Of a DNA stretch of 64,000 nucleotides, positions 1-9,722 are shown piece by piece (the first letter of the stretch is position 1; each line of letters begins with the position of its first letter). The stretch lies in the IMG/VR virus record IMGVR_UViG_3300020125_000159, positions 28,696-92,695 of that record. One strand, 5' to 3'. The position numbers and the translations under genes were made by a program. The notes beneath the pieces were generated by a model. The model had not been told where the DNA came from, searched no databases, and worked only from the letters and a program-made list of their open reading frames with translations. This stretch comes from a virus.

Positions 1-1
1 T

Positions 2-538
2 ACTGTAGGAAATGACTCTAGTAAATCAATAACATTTAGAAACATTGCAGTAACATTCGTGTCTACTGCAGGATACACACAATGCTCAGTTGGTGATTCT
101 ATAGGCCTTGTTCCTATCGTTACAGTAGCCAGATTTATACCAATATCTGGACGATATTATAACTCTGGTACAACCGAGTCACAAGTTCAAATGAAAGCAG
201 GAGAAACTAAAAAGTTTACTAATTTAACCATAGTTTTATCTGCACAGTCAGGTACAGGAACTGTAAACTTTAGAAAGAATGCTGGTAATGGTGTCCAAAC
301 TGTTTCAGTAACAGGTACAGGTGCATTCACAGATACGACTAACGTCGATTATGTAATATCTACAGACGAAGTTAATTATGCCTTTAGTGCTGGTGCCACT
401 ACAGGTAATACAGTTAACTCTTTGTCTTCCTGGGCCTTTGGCAAGGCCTTCGGCCTTGCAGAAACCACCACGATATCAGAGGTAATACCGAAAAGAAAAA
501 TAGGTAGACTATCAAAGCCAGTGTTTACCCATACTTAG
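2..538 (+). CDS. Virion fibre/tail-associated protein, 5'-truncated by the window edge
   Basis: The frame is open from nt 2 (TVGNDSSKSITF...), so GTG at 59 is not necessarily the start. It is Thr/Gly/Ser-rich and beta-type, and ends in the 'LAETTTISE' repeat shared with neighbouring genes. Confidence 0.6.
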   Translation, partial: TVGNDSSKSITFRNIAVTFVSTAGYTQCSVGDSIGLVPIVTVARFIPISGRYYNSGTTESQVQMKAGETKKFTNLTIVLSAQSGTGTVNFRKNAGNGVQTVSVTGTGAFTDTTNVDYVISTDEVNYAFSAGATTGNTVNSLSSWAFGKAFGLAETTTISEVIPKRKIGRLSKPVFTHT

Positions 539-542
539 TTGT

Positions 543-549
543 TTAGTTC
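543..549 (+). promoter_or_regulatory. Late-gene motif TTAGTTC
   Basis: 34 nt before start 583. Confidence 0.7.
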
Positions 550-582
550 TTTACTTTAGTCTTTAAGTAAAGATATAGTGAT

Positions 583-1062
583 TTGGGCGAATTTGTAACT
601 ACAGTTAATGCTACTAGTAATAGTTCAGCAAATACTGCTGACACATTTATAGAGTTATCTGGGGTAATTTTAGGAGTTAAACGTATTAGGGTAAGGCTTG
701 GAGATGGCACTGCTACTGCAGGTCTAGATAATGATTATATAGTTAGTATAGCCCGAAAGACAGCTGGCGGTGCCACTGGAACTAGTGGAACGATTACAAA
801 AATGAATATAATGGGTGCTGCTTCTGGCGCTACGGTTAACGTTAAGAACGGTACTGGTGCTTTCACAACAGCCACACAACAAGCAGTATTAGACTCGGCA
901 GTGATAAATGGGCGTGCAATTTTTGAATGGGTAGCTAGAGACGAAGACGATATAATAAGAAATCATTTCACAACTGGTAGTGGGGGAATTATAGCAGTAA
1001 ATATAGCGAGTTCAGTAGTATCACAAAAGTTTCAAGTATCGGTTTTCTGGATCGAATACTAG
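583..1062 (+). CDS. Putative virion structural protein (beta-rich, Thr/Gly/Ala-rich)
   Basis: 159-aa ORF preceded by the TTAGTTC late-type motif at 543-549. Confidence 0.55.
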   Translation: MGEFVTTVNATSNSSANTADTFIELSGVILGVKRIRVRLGDGTATAGLDNDYIVSIARKTAGGATGTSGTITKMNIMGAASGATVNVKNGTGAFTTATQQAVLDSAVINGRAIFEWVARDEDDIIRNHFTTGSGGIIAVNIASSVVSQKFQVSVFWIEY

Positions 1063-1074
1063 TGATAAAGTAAT

Positions 1075-1731
1075 GTGGCTTTACCTCTTGATGCTATAGT
1101 CCCGATATATTATTCAGCTAGTGTAAACATAGCATCAACTAACAGTCAATCGCTTCAGCCAGCGATGGCTCCCCTTCTTCTTATACAACAAGGGGCTTAC
1201 TTAAAAAATATAGATAAAAGATTATTTCAGAAACTAGACACAATATTCCAAACAGTTCCAGGCACTAATGAGGTCATAGCGATATACGAGTCTTTATTAC
1301 ACAAAGTCATTCCCAAAATTGCGGCAGATAATGTTTCTATTGGAGCAGGGTCTATTCTGCGTAAAGCGCTTCCAAAGATAACAACAGGTAACGTCGTAAT
1401 ATCGGAAGCCATAAGAGTGTTGAGAAGTTTAAGTAGAGCGCTCTCAGAGACTGCCATCGTAATACAGGGTAATGTAGTAGAAACCCCTGCAAAGGTCGTT
1501 AGTGAAGTAGCAGTTGCAATATCTGATTTGATAACCATGAAAGCGATTCCTTACATAGCAGAGACGATAGGCATTTCAGACATGATTGGTGCGATCAAAG
1601 CTAGACTTTTCTTACACTTTAACGAGCCTGCTATCACAGTATCAGATGGGGTAAACAGAGTTCTTAAGGCGGTCAGAACAATGATTGAGGGTAAATGCAG
1701 TATATTATTTAGTGGGTTGGGGCCTGAATAA
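1075..1731 (+). CDS. Putative fibre protein with ~19-aa 'ETxxISDxxxRKxxPK' repeats
   Basis: The N-terminus is paralogous to the next gene and the same repeat family is present. Confidence 0.55.
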   Translation: MALPLDAIVPIYYSASVNIASTNSQSLQPAMAPLLLIQQGAYLKNIDKRLFQKLDTIFQTVPGTNEVIAIYESLLHKVIPKIAADNVSIGAGSILRKALPKITTGNVVISEAIRVLRSLSRALSETAIVIQGNVVETPAKVVSEVAVAISDLITMKAIPYIAETIGISDMIGAIKARLFLHFNEPAITVSDGVNRVLKAVRTMIEGKCSILFSGLGPE

Positions 1732-4700
1732 TGACATTACCTATAGATTGTATTGTTCCAGTATATTACAGCGCGTGTGTTAACGTCGCGTCAACAAACA
1801 GTCAGTCTTTAGTTGTAAACTCCCCTCCAATTCTGCCGCCTAGACAATCAACACCCCCGCAGGTCAGAGTCGATAACGTATTTAACGCTAGTGGATTTTC
1901 TGGACTTGCTGAAGCTGTATCAATATATGATAACCTTTTTGCTGCTAGGCAGAAAATCTCAACGATTACAGATAGTGTTTCTGTGTCGGATTCAATTAAG
2001 AGATCGATATGGAGAGGTATTTTAGAAAATATATCTCTAGGAGCTTTAGTTTTTAATGGAGCAACGAAGATAGGTACTGGTAACTATGTTCAGCTAGACA
2101 GTACAGCGCCGTTTACGAACGCACTCACTGTGGTTGCATGGGTGAAATTTATCAACGCTGATAATAGAGGATTTGGAGGGGTTATATCGTTCATAAATGG
2201 CTATTTTGGTAACAGATTACTACTAGACGAGGACGCGCAAACCATATTATTTGAGACCGCTACAGTGTCGAATGCTATAGTTGACTGTTCGTATACTCTT
2301 CCAGGCACGGTATTTTCAAACACATGGCATCATTTCGGAGTTGTTTATGACGGCTCGCAGATGCAGATTTATTTTGACGGTTCACCAGTAGGTACTCCAG
2401 TTAGTCAGTCTGGCACCCTTCTATCAGGAGGTGGAAAACCGCTTATTGGTCTAGGCTCTTCAAACGCATACTTCTTACATGGAAATGTGGCAGAGCTAGC
2501 CCTATATAATAGTGCATTAAGTGCGTCTGATATTTCGAATGTATATAATAACGGCGCTAACACTGTAACTACAAACCAGATTAGCTACTACAAATTCAAC
2601 GAAGGTAGCGGACATATTATACATGATTCCACTGGTTCAATTAACGGACAGATAATCAATGACCAGTTATGGAGTACTGACGTACATAGTCCACTTCCGA
2701 ACCCATCAATATATCAAGGACGTTTTGGATTAGAAACTATAACTCGTCGTATATCACCATTTATAGCTGAAACCATATCTATAGTTCAACAGTTCCTTAG
2801 AAAGCCTATTCCATTCATACGCGAAAATATAGTCATTGAGGACATGCTGAATAACATATCTAAAATTATTGCCTTATTTGAGCGAGTATTAGTAGGGGAT
2901 GGTAGCGGATATACATCAGGATTTAATAGCGGATTTACCAATTTTCCATCTATACTTATAAAAGTCATTCCGAAAATAACGACTGAAGTTGAGACCATAT
3001 CTGCAGTTTTATCGAGAAAGGTCGTTCCTAAAATCTTATCACAAATTATAACCATTTCGGATTTATTGAAAATTACTACATTAATCAGAATGATATTCGA
3101 GACTGTTAATGTAGGAGACGGTAGTGGATTCGAAATAGATTCATTCACCAGTGCATTTATTAATATTCCGTCAATACTCATAAAAGTTATTCCAAAGATC
3201 ACTACTGAAACTATTTCAATAGCGGAAGTACAACTAAGGAAGGCTATACCCAAACTCACATCACAAACTGTTACTGTCTCAGGATTAGTCAAGGGAATCA
3301 GAGCTATAATATTATTACAGACAGTCACAATACTAGATTCGAGAATCAGAAAGGCGTTGCCGAAAGTTACCACTCAAACAACTAATATATCAGACTCGTT
3401 ACTGCGTAAACCAATACCAAAGATTACTGCAGAAATAACTTCGATATCTCAACAGTTATTACGAAAGGTCGTTCCAAAGATCGTAACCCAGACGGCGACA
3501 ATAATAGAAAGTCAATTAAGAAGAGTCATACCCAAAATAGCGTCAGAGACGACCACCATACTAGGTGTAGTGGTTGGAATTAAAGCCAAATTCTTCACTC
3601 TCTTGGAGACAGTAACTCTAGGAGCTGGAGCAGTAAGTAAGATAGCAAAGCATCTTATAGCCGAAAGCGATAGCGCAACAATATCAGAGTCGTTATTGAG
3701 GAAGGCCATTCCAAAGATTACAGCCCAGCTTACTACGATAACAGAAGGGACAATTAGACGTGTTATACCAAAGATACTTACCCAGACTGTCACAATAGTC
3801 CAAACACTACTAAGAAGGATTCCAATATCTCTATCAAATACTACTTCGATACTAGACGCTTTAACTAAGATAGGAATTCATTTGAGATCCATGTCAGATG
3901 CTATAACCATATCTGAATCTAGATTAAGAAAGGCTATACCCAGTATAGTTACAGCAGCCATAACAATATCAGACTCTAGACTTAGGAAAGTTATTCCAAA
4001 GATATCTACAAGCGTTATATCTGTATTGGATTCTCTCCTTGGACCTGGAGGACATCTTGCTAATCTAATAGGTATAGTTGCAATATCGGAACAACTTAAA
4101 GGAATAGCAAAGCATGTTAGAGCAACTACAGATACGACTACAATATCAGAGTCATTATTAAGGAAATCATTAATGCGACTATCTGAAAGCATTGCAATAG
4201 TAGACTCTAGACTTAGGAAGGTTATTCGACCTATCTCAACTCAGACTATTACAATATCAGACTCTAAAGTTAGAAAGTTCATACCAAAGATATCTACGCA
4301 GACTATTACACTACTGGGCACTGTCGTTGGTCCTATAAGACGTGTAATGTCTATACTACAGACTATTACAATATCCGAGTCCAGAGTCAGAAAAGTAATA
4401 CCTAGGATTGCAACTCAGACGGCGACGATATCTGACGCGATTAAGATTCCAATAATAATAAAGATCATCGAGGCGATATCGATTGTAGAGTCACGACTGC
4501 TAAAGATATTCAGAGGAATTATTCAGACAATCACGGTATCAGATAGTGTATCAAGACAAGGACAGGTACAGTCTACTAGGACTGTAGTCTATACGTTATA
4601 CAGAGACGTGTCGAAGACCTCTGGAATGCCTAGCGGTGGTGCTGGCTTTGGTGAAATGACTCATCGCCCAATACCTATCGATCCCTATATTGTAAATTAT

Positions 4701-4739
4701 GAGATGGAGTATCGCAAACGCTGGAAAGGTGAATATTAA
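1731..4739 (+). CDS. Large fibre/adhesin-like protein: LamG/concanavalin-A-like domain plus a long ~19-aa repeat array
   Basis: LamG signature (LTVVAWVK...WHHFGVVYDGSQMQIYFDG...GNVAELALYNSALS), followed by dozens of 'T(I/V)TISESxLRK(A/V)IPKI' units. Confidence 0.7.
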   Translation: MTLPIDCIVPVYYSACVNVASTNSQSLVVNSPPILPPRQSTPPQVRVDNVFNASGFSGLAEAVSIYDNLFAARQKISTITDSVSVSDSIKRSIWRGILENISLGALVFNGATKIGTGNYVQLDSTAPFTNALTVVAWVKFINADNRGFGGVISFINGYFGNRLLLDEDAQTILFETATVSNAIVDCSYTLPGTVFSNTWHHFGVVYDGSQMQIYFDGSPVGTPVSQSGTLLSGGGKPLIGLGSSNAYFLHGNVAELALYNSALSASDISNVYNNGANTVTTNQISYYKFNEGSGHIIHDSTGSINGQIINDQLWSTDVHSPLPNPSIYQGRFGLETITRRISPFIAETISIVQQFLRKPIPFIRENIVIEDMLNNISKIIALFERVLVGDGSGYTSGFNSGFTNFPSILIKVIPKITTEVETISAVLSRKVVPKILSQIITISDLLKITTLIRMIFETVNVGDGSGFEIDSFTSAFINIPSILIKVIPKITTETISIAEVQLRKAIPKLTSQTVTVSGLVKGIRAIILLQTVTILDSRIRKALPKVTTQTTNISDSLLRKPIPKITAEITSISQQLLRKVVPKIVTQTATIIESQLRRVIPKIASETTTILGVVVGIKAKFFTLLETVTLGAGAVSKIAKHLIAESDSATISESLLRKAIPKITAQLTTITEGTIRRVIPKILTQTVTIVQTLLRRIPISLSNTTSILDALTKIGIHLRSMSDAITISESRLRKAIPSIVTAAITISDSRLRKVIPKISTSVISVLDSLLGPGGHLANLIGIVAISEQLKGIAKHVRATTDTTTISESLLRKSLMRLSESIAIVDSRLRKVIRPISTQTITISDSKVRKFIPKISTQTITLLGTVVGPIRRVMSILQTITISESRVRKVIPRIATQTATISDAIKIPIIIKIIEAISIVESRLLKIFRGIIQTITVSDSVSRQGQVQSTRTVVYTLYRDVSKTSGMPSGGAGFGEMTHRPIPIDPYIVNYEMEYRKRWKGEY

Positions 4740-4744
4740 TTTAG

Positions 4745-4912
4745 TTGACAAATAACGAATCAAATAATCTTAATCAGTTGAGCGAGGAAGAGGCAGAAGA
4801 ACAGGAATTTTATCAGGCACTTATCGAATGCTGGACTGACACTAACGAGCAGTTAGCACAATTTAATGAAACTTTCAAGCGATATGTTGATTTCAAAGTA
4901 GGCACAACATGA
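4745..4912 (+). CDS. Small acidic protein (55 aa, not in ORF track)
   Basis: TTG start; MTNNESNNLNQLSEEEAEEQEFYQALIECW...; the stop overlaps the next ATG (ATGA). Confidence 0.6.
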   Translation: MTNNESNNLNQLSEEEAEEQEFYQALIECWTDTNEQLAQFNETFKRYVDFKVGTT

Positions 4913-5262
4913 GCCATTTTCCTCCAGCCCAGGTAGTTCATAACCCAACACAATCTAAGGTAAAGAAGCAGAAGAAGATCAAGGCACCAAAAAGACCAAA
5001 GCTCGTACATGTCAGGAAGCTTAGGGTTAGGAAGCCAAAGAAGCTGAAGGTTAAGAAGCTAAGGAAACCAAAGAAGCTTAAAATTAAAAAGATTAAACTT
5101 AGAAGTGTTAGAGTCAGACATCCGAGAGTTAGGAAAGGAAGAAAACCAAGAGTCTACCATCCTAGAAAGCCGAGGAAGGCCAGAAAACCTAAAAAGGCTA
5201 AATTTGTGTATAGAGGGCCTTCAGTTGGTCAGATCTATAACGCTTTATTCCCGAATGGTTAG
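4909..5262 (+). CDS. Extremely Lys/Arg-rich protein, putative DNA-condensing/core protein
   Basis: KPKKLKVKKLRKPKK-type repeats with no acidic residues. Confidence 0.6.
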   Translation: MSHFPPAQVVHNPTQSKVKKQKKIKAPKRPKLVHVRKLRVRKPKKLKVKKLRKPKKLKIKKIKLRSVRVRHPRVRKGRKPRVYHPRKPRKARKPKKAKFVYRGPSVGQIYNALFPNG

Positions 5263-8200
5263 AAGTAGAATGTACCTGCGATATCTTGTCCTGTGTAAGG
5301 CGTCCACTGACCACTATAGCCCATAAAGACATTAACTTTACCGCCTGTTCCATAACTAGGATATTGTCCTGTAGGAGCGAACTCAATTAAAAGGCTATGG
5401 TTTCCGTCAAAGGCATCATAAGCATTGCTTGCTACAAGTATATAATTAAGTCTAGGATCAATGTCTGGTTGTTGTTTCATCCATAACATTATTCTGTCTC
5501 CCGCTTTCAAAGTGTAGCCTGTGGGAAGAGATATAAGGAATCTATAGTTGGTTGCGAATGTTGATATACTACTTGCATCAGTTTGTGGACCTGATGCTAT
5601 GAGCGCCCCAGCTGAGTTAAATATAACGATTTGTAGAGTACCAACAGGATCACCAACCCTATATAACGTAAGATCCACTTCGCTTATGGTAGTACCTATC
5701 AGTTTACTCTGGTTATCGTTAAGTATCTCACCCACCATAGCGGTAGTCCAGAATTGTCCGTATAGATAGTGCACTCCGACTCCAGCTCCCGATCCAGCTG
5801 CTCTGACATTATAGCTAACTGTGCTGACAGGGGGAAGTGTTCCAGGTGGTGGGGTAGCTGACGTCCACGCTATACCAGACAAATCCACTGCATTGATATT
5901 AGGAAGTCCTGCATCTGACCAACTACTACCATTAGATTTATACATGGAGCTATTTGGACCGTCGTATGAATTACCACCTACAATCAATCTTCCTATTACC
6001 TGAACGCTATTATTAATATCCCCTCCACTGTATTCAACGACTATGTATGTGTTAACTGTGTTAATGTGTGTGTTACCATAATTGAAGAAATTAAATTGTT
6101 GTGGACCTGCTGATACAGTAGGTATGTTAGATGTACTAATACTACCGAATGAATATGTTACAAGTCCTGTAGTATTTTCCAAAAGATACACGGAGACATT
6201 ACCTGTAGGATTACCATTCTTCATTAACCAAACGTCTATCTCATATATCGTCTTACCTATCAGAAGGCTTGCACCGTTTACTGGAATCTCAGCCACTTTT
6301 GTTGGGCCTCCATTATATATTGGATATCCGCCTACAGTCGCCCCACCACTACCAGGAGGGATACCACTTACATTGTATATCTGAGTAGGCTGTACTCCTG
6401 TTTGACCTGTAGACCAAAATCCGCCTGCTATATCTGTTCCAGTAAGAGTAGCTGCAACTCCGTTTACTACATCCATAGCATTACCGTTAGCGCCATCATA
6501 CAGAGAGGTAGTGTCGGTTTGCACTTGAACGTAATTATTAATGTCGCCGCCTGTAAATTCTAATGTGACTATATCACCTACTGCTAATGTATAATTAGAC
6601 AATGAAGGGGTCTTGAAAGATACAGATTGATATGCGCTACTTAGAACATTAGCGTTTATTGTTCCATACGTAGCTACAATGCTGTCGTCAACTCCTCTTC
6701 TAATGGTACATGTTATTGGAGCAGGGACACCAGCAATTGTTGGAAATCCAACTATTCGTAAGTTAAACATTGCTTCGGCTAGGATTTTATTATAGAGCAA
6801 AGACGAAGTGTTAATTACTTTCTGTCCTGCTCTTTGTGCTAATGTTGTAGCACCACTCATATTAATTTGGCTGGCAGTACCTGGAATTAATGGGCCTAGT
6901 TGTGTCTCACCTTTATGAGCATTAGGATCTATTCCAATATTACATCCCCCACTATCATCTACTATTACGCTATAAACGAACTTACAGACGTTGTATGCGT
7001 TTGGTCCTATTGTTACTGCTGGTGGTAAAGGTGGTGGGCCAGACGGAGGTGAAGGGGACGGGGGGCCGCCAGTAATAGAAGTATCAATTTCGCGAATTGA
7101 CATCCATTTATAATTGACCCAAGGACTAAAATCGTCCCAATAAAACGCGATTAAAGGGCCTCCCCAAATAATTATTTCATCGGGATTGCCACCGCATAAA
7201 TTATCTAAAAATCCCCAACCTCCTATATCTGTAGTCGAGTTCACTTTTTTCCATGTGACTCCGTCGCCTGAGTCATTCCACCAGTGCTCCATGCGGACTC
7301 CAGTAACTCTACCAGTATTCTTATCCACGACATTGAATAGGATAAATTTCTCTCCAACCCACCTCTTCAGTACGCTAGAAAAACTGAAAGTAGCTTTTCT
7401 GTCATCCGCATGTGCTTCGTGGAAGTGCTCCTTTCTATGTCTGTGTTCTTCATGTCCTGGATCGCAACGTGTCTCAATTGAGTAACAAGAACCTTGACAA
7501 TTACCTTGTAGATTGTGTGAACCTGTTCTGCATTTAATTCCAAAATGGAATAGACCTTTTGGTTTAACAGATTTTATACCATCTATGTTGTGGAAGACTG
7601 TTACCTCCACGTTCTTCCAGTCTTTAGGACCTTGTATAAATTGACGTGCCCTACAGGTTTTGTGATCCAAGTCCTTTCCACCTGAGGCCTGAAAGCTATA
7701 GCCAGATAGAGTAGAAACGTAAAATAAGACATCGTCATTATTGGATAAATGAAATGACCCATCTCCGTTTACAATTTCCTTAATCGACCGAGGTATACCT
7801 AATACTCTCGAATCTCCTTTGAGTCCATTTTGAGAGAGATACCATGATTGTCCAGCCGCTAATGATGGATATATTTCAGTCACCCCAAACTTATCTCGTG
7901 TTCCAGTAGCTACAGTTGTAGGAGGCTGTGTGTTGGCAGCGGGTGGTATGGGTGATAGATTATTAGCTGGATTAGAAGTAGGAGGTATTGTAGGAGTTGT
8001 GTTAGAAGGTGGGCTAGGGAGTATAGGGTTTTGACTAAAAACGTCTATTTCTCTACATGATGCATATTTGATATCTACATCTGTTATATTATTTAGGACA
8101 AACTTACACAGCGGCCCACCCCAAGTAATGACTGTATTATTCGAACCACCACAAGCTGGATTACCACCACCCCAATTACCCTGATCAGTATATGACAGAG

Positions 8201-9683
8201 CTTTTGTCCATATGTTTGAATTGTTACTATCTATCCAATGCTCTGTTATTGCAGAGGCTCCATCCTGTAAATTATATACTACTGTTTTTATTCCTATCCA
8301 TTTCCCAATCCATGCAGAGAGTCCAGTAGGAATAGTGGTTGTAGTTACTGGATTAGCAGCGCTTGGGGTAACGCCTGCAGTATGTTGTAAGTCTTTTAGA
8401 ATGGTGCATTTGCCTGATGTTGGTGTAACTACGTGGTGATAATCAGACGCTTCGCATGATTTTGGAAATCCATTCAGTATCGTAGCATCATTTAAATTTC
8501 TTGCACCTCTCATATGGTGACTGATACTTGGTTCTCCATTATGTGAAGACGAAGAGACAGCATTAATCCTATAATAACATGTTTGTTCTACATTGGTCCA
8601 GTCCATCGCGTCCTGCATGAACTTTTGGGTTTTAAGAGTAGCCTGATTTAATGTGATCGAAGCCTCTGTAAATCCATTATTTGCTGCTATATGATAGGTT
8701 ATATTTCCACTACCTGTTATCTTAAAGCTGCCGTCTGCATTAGTGGTACAAGTAGTGCCGTCTATAACGTGACGAGGGTCAGTATTTGGAGTTGCAGACA
8801 GGAACCAACTACTACCTCCTATCTTATCCAGATATAGTTTTACGATTTTAAATATATCACATTGTGTCGCAGGCGGTGGTGCAGGGGTACCTGAAACTCC
8901 TGAGCTTGGCGGATTGGTAGTTGGTACTGAAGTTGGTGGTGCAGTGACAAATTGATATGTTCCATGTCCTCCAATCTGATTATTTATTGTATAATGTGCA
9001 GTACTTGGAAGTATCACGAAATATAGAATTGGGTCTGCATTTGCCTGAGGATTAGGTAAGGTTCCAGCATTAATCGCCTTAGATATAACTCCCTGTATAT
9101 CTGACGCCTGAAATGTTGTTGGCGGCGTGGTAGTATCTATAGCTGCGAAATTGAATATTGGAGTGTTGCAACCATACTCTCTAAGATTATTATAAAATGC
9201 GGTGTTAGTTAGAAGTGTCTGTACGCCTCTCTTTATTTCATCTGCTGTTCCAAGAGTAGGATTAGCTGAATTTGTAAATGTCCAGGCTGGACCCCAGAAC
9301 AACATTGCAATAGTACACTTACTAAGAAGTGTACCACCAGAATACGTAAACGTAGTATTAGCAGTATTAGTTGACGAGGCAATTCCTGGAATAACACATC
9401 CACCACCTGCGTTTGAATAATAGCTAGTTGACCAGCAATTAACTCCTACAGTATTTGTGTAGTTGCCGACTCCCTTTGTAACCTCGCAATTATCAGCTAT
9501 TTCACAAGGCGGACTACCTGGACAGAATGTGTTTGAAATCCACCCAGGTACACCCGCATTTGCGTTAGGGTCTGTAATTGCTTCTAATATCTCATGAGAA
9601 ATGTAAATCTGAACGTCTGTACCAGTGCCAGGTGTAGAATTCCACGTAGCCGCCCACGCGTAATATACACTATTACTGGTCAT
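5259..9683 (-). CDS. 1474-aa multidomain virion adhesin/tail-tip protein (permuted HExxE/Phi-1-like domain, 2 lectin-like repeats, 3 C-terminal beta repeats, Pro-rich linkers)
   Basis: SHEILEAITDP motif; two 'D.FGV..IY...DWKNVE.T...WGGP...S.REID' domains; three ~190-aa repeats ending in D(I/L)(A/S)G. Confidence 0.7.
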   Translation of the reverse strand: MTSNSVYYAWAATWNSTPGTGTDVQIYISHEILEAITDPNANAGVPGWISNTFCPGSPPCEIADNCEVTKGVGNYTNTVGVNCWSTSYYSNAGGGCVIPGIASSTNTANTTFTYSGGTLLSKCTIAMLFWGPAWTFTNSANPTLGTADEIKRGVQTLLTNTAFYNNLREYGCNTPIFNFAAIDTTTPPTTFQASDIQGVISKAINAGTLPNPQANADPILYFVILPSTAHYTINNQIGGHGTYQFVTAPPTSVPTTNPPSSGVSGTPAPPPATQCDIFKIVKLYLDKIGGSSWFLSATPNTDPRHVIDGTTCTTNADGSFKITGSGNITYHIAANNGFTEASITLNQATLKTQKFMQDAMDWTNVEQTCYYRINAVSSSSHNGEPSISHHMRGARNLNDATILNGFPKSCEASDYHHVVTPTSGKCTILKDLQHTAGVTPSAANPVTTTTIPTGLSAWIGKWIGIKTVVYNLQDGASAITEHWIDSNNSNIWTKALSYTDQGNWGGGNPACGGSNNTVITWGGPLCKFVLNNITDVDIKYASCREIDVFSQNPILPSPPSNTTPTIPPTSNPANNLSPIPPAANTQPPTTVATGTRDKFGVTEIYPSLAAGQSWYLSQNGLKGDSRVLGIPRSIKEIVNGDGSFHLSNNDDVLFYVSTLSGYSFQASGGKDLDHKTCRARQFIQGPKDWKNVEVTVFHNIDGIKSVKPKGLFHFGIKCRTGSHNLQGNCQGSCYSIETRCDPGHEEHRHRKEHFHEAHADDRKATFSFSSVLKRWVGEKFILFNVVDKNTGRVTGVRMEHWWNDSGDGVTWKKVNSTTDIGGWGFLDNLCGGNPDEIIIWGGPLIAFYWDDFSPWVNYKWMSIREIDTSITGGPPSPSPPSGPPPLPPAVTIGPNAYNVCKFVYSVIVDDSGGCNIGIDPNAHKGETQLGPLIPGTASQINMSGATTLAQRAGQKVINTSSLLYNKILAEAMFNLRIVGFPTIAGVPAPITCTIRRGVDDSIVATYGTINANVLSSAYQSVSFKTPSLSNYTLAVGDIVTLEFTGGDINNYVQVQTDTTSLYDGANGNAMDVVNGVAATLTGTDIAGGFWSTGQTGVQPTQIYNVSGIPPGSGGATVGGYPIYNGGPTKVAEIPVNGASLLIGKTIYEIDVWLMKNGNPTGNVSVYLLENTTGLVTYSFGSISTSNIPTVSAGPQQFNFFNYGNTHINTVNTYIVVEYSGGDINNSVQVIGRLIVGGNSYDGPNSSMYKSNGSSWSDAGLPNINAVDLSGIAWTSATPPPGTLPPVSTVSYNVRAAGSGAGVGVHYLYGQFWTTAMVGEILNDNQSKLIGTTISEVDLTLYRVGDPVGTLQIVIFNSAGALIASGPQTDASSISTFATNYRFLISLPTGYTLKAGDRIMLWMKQQPDIDPRLNYILVASNAYDAFDGNHSLLIEFAPTGQYPSYGTGGKVNVFMGYSGQWTPYTGQDIAGTFYF

Positions 9684-9715
9684 TAATTAAATAAAAAGTT
9701 AAAAAGATAAAGAGA

Positions 9716-9722
9716 GAACTAA
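9716..9722 (-). promoter_or_regulatory. Late-gene motif TTAGTTC
   Basis: 33 nt before start 9683; contains the upstream TAG stop. Confidence 0.7.

Noticed and set aside
9684-9722. TTAGTTC plus pyrimidine tracts as transcription terminators
   Set aside because: The motif also occurs where no co-oriented gene ends (before portal, 40474, 13204, 31269/31318) and keeps a fixed distance to starts. U-rich termination may still overlap some sites.
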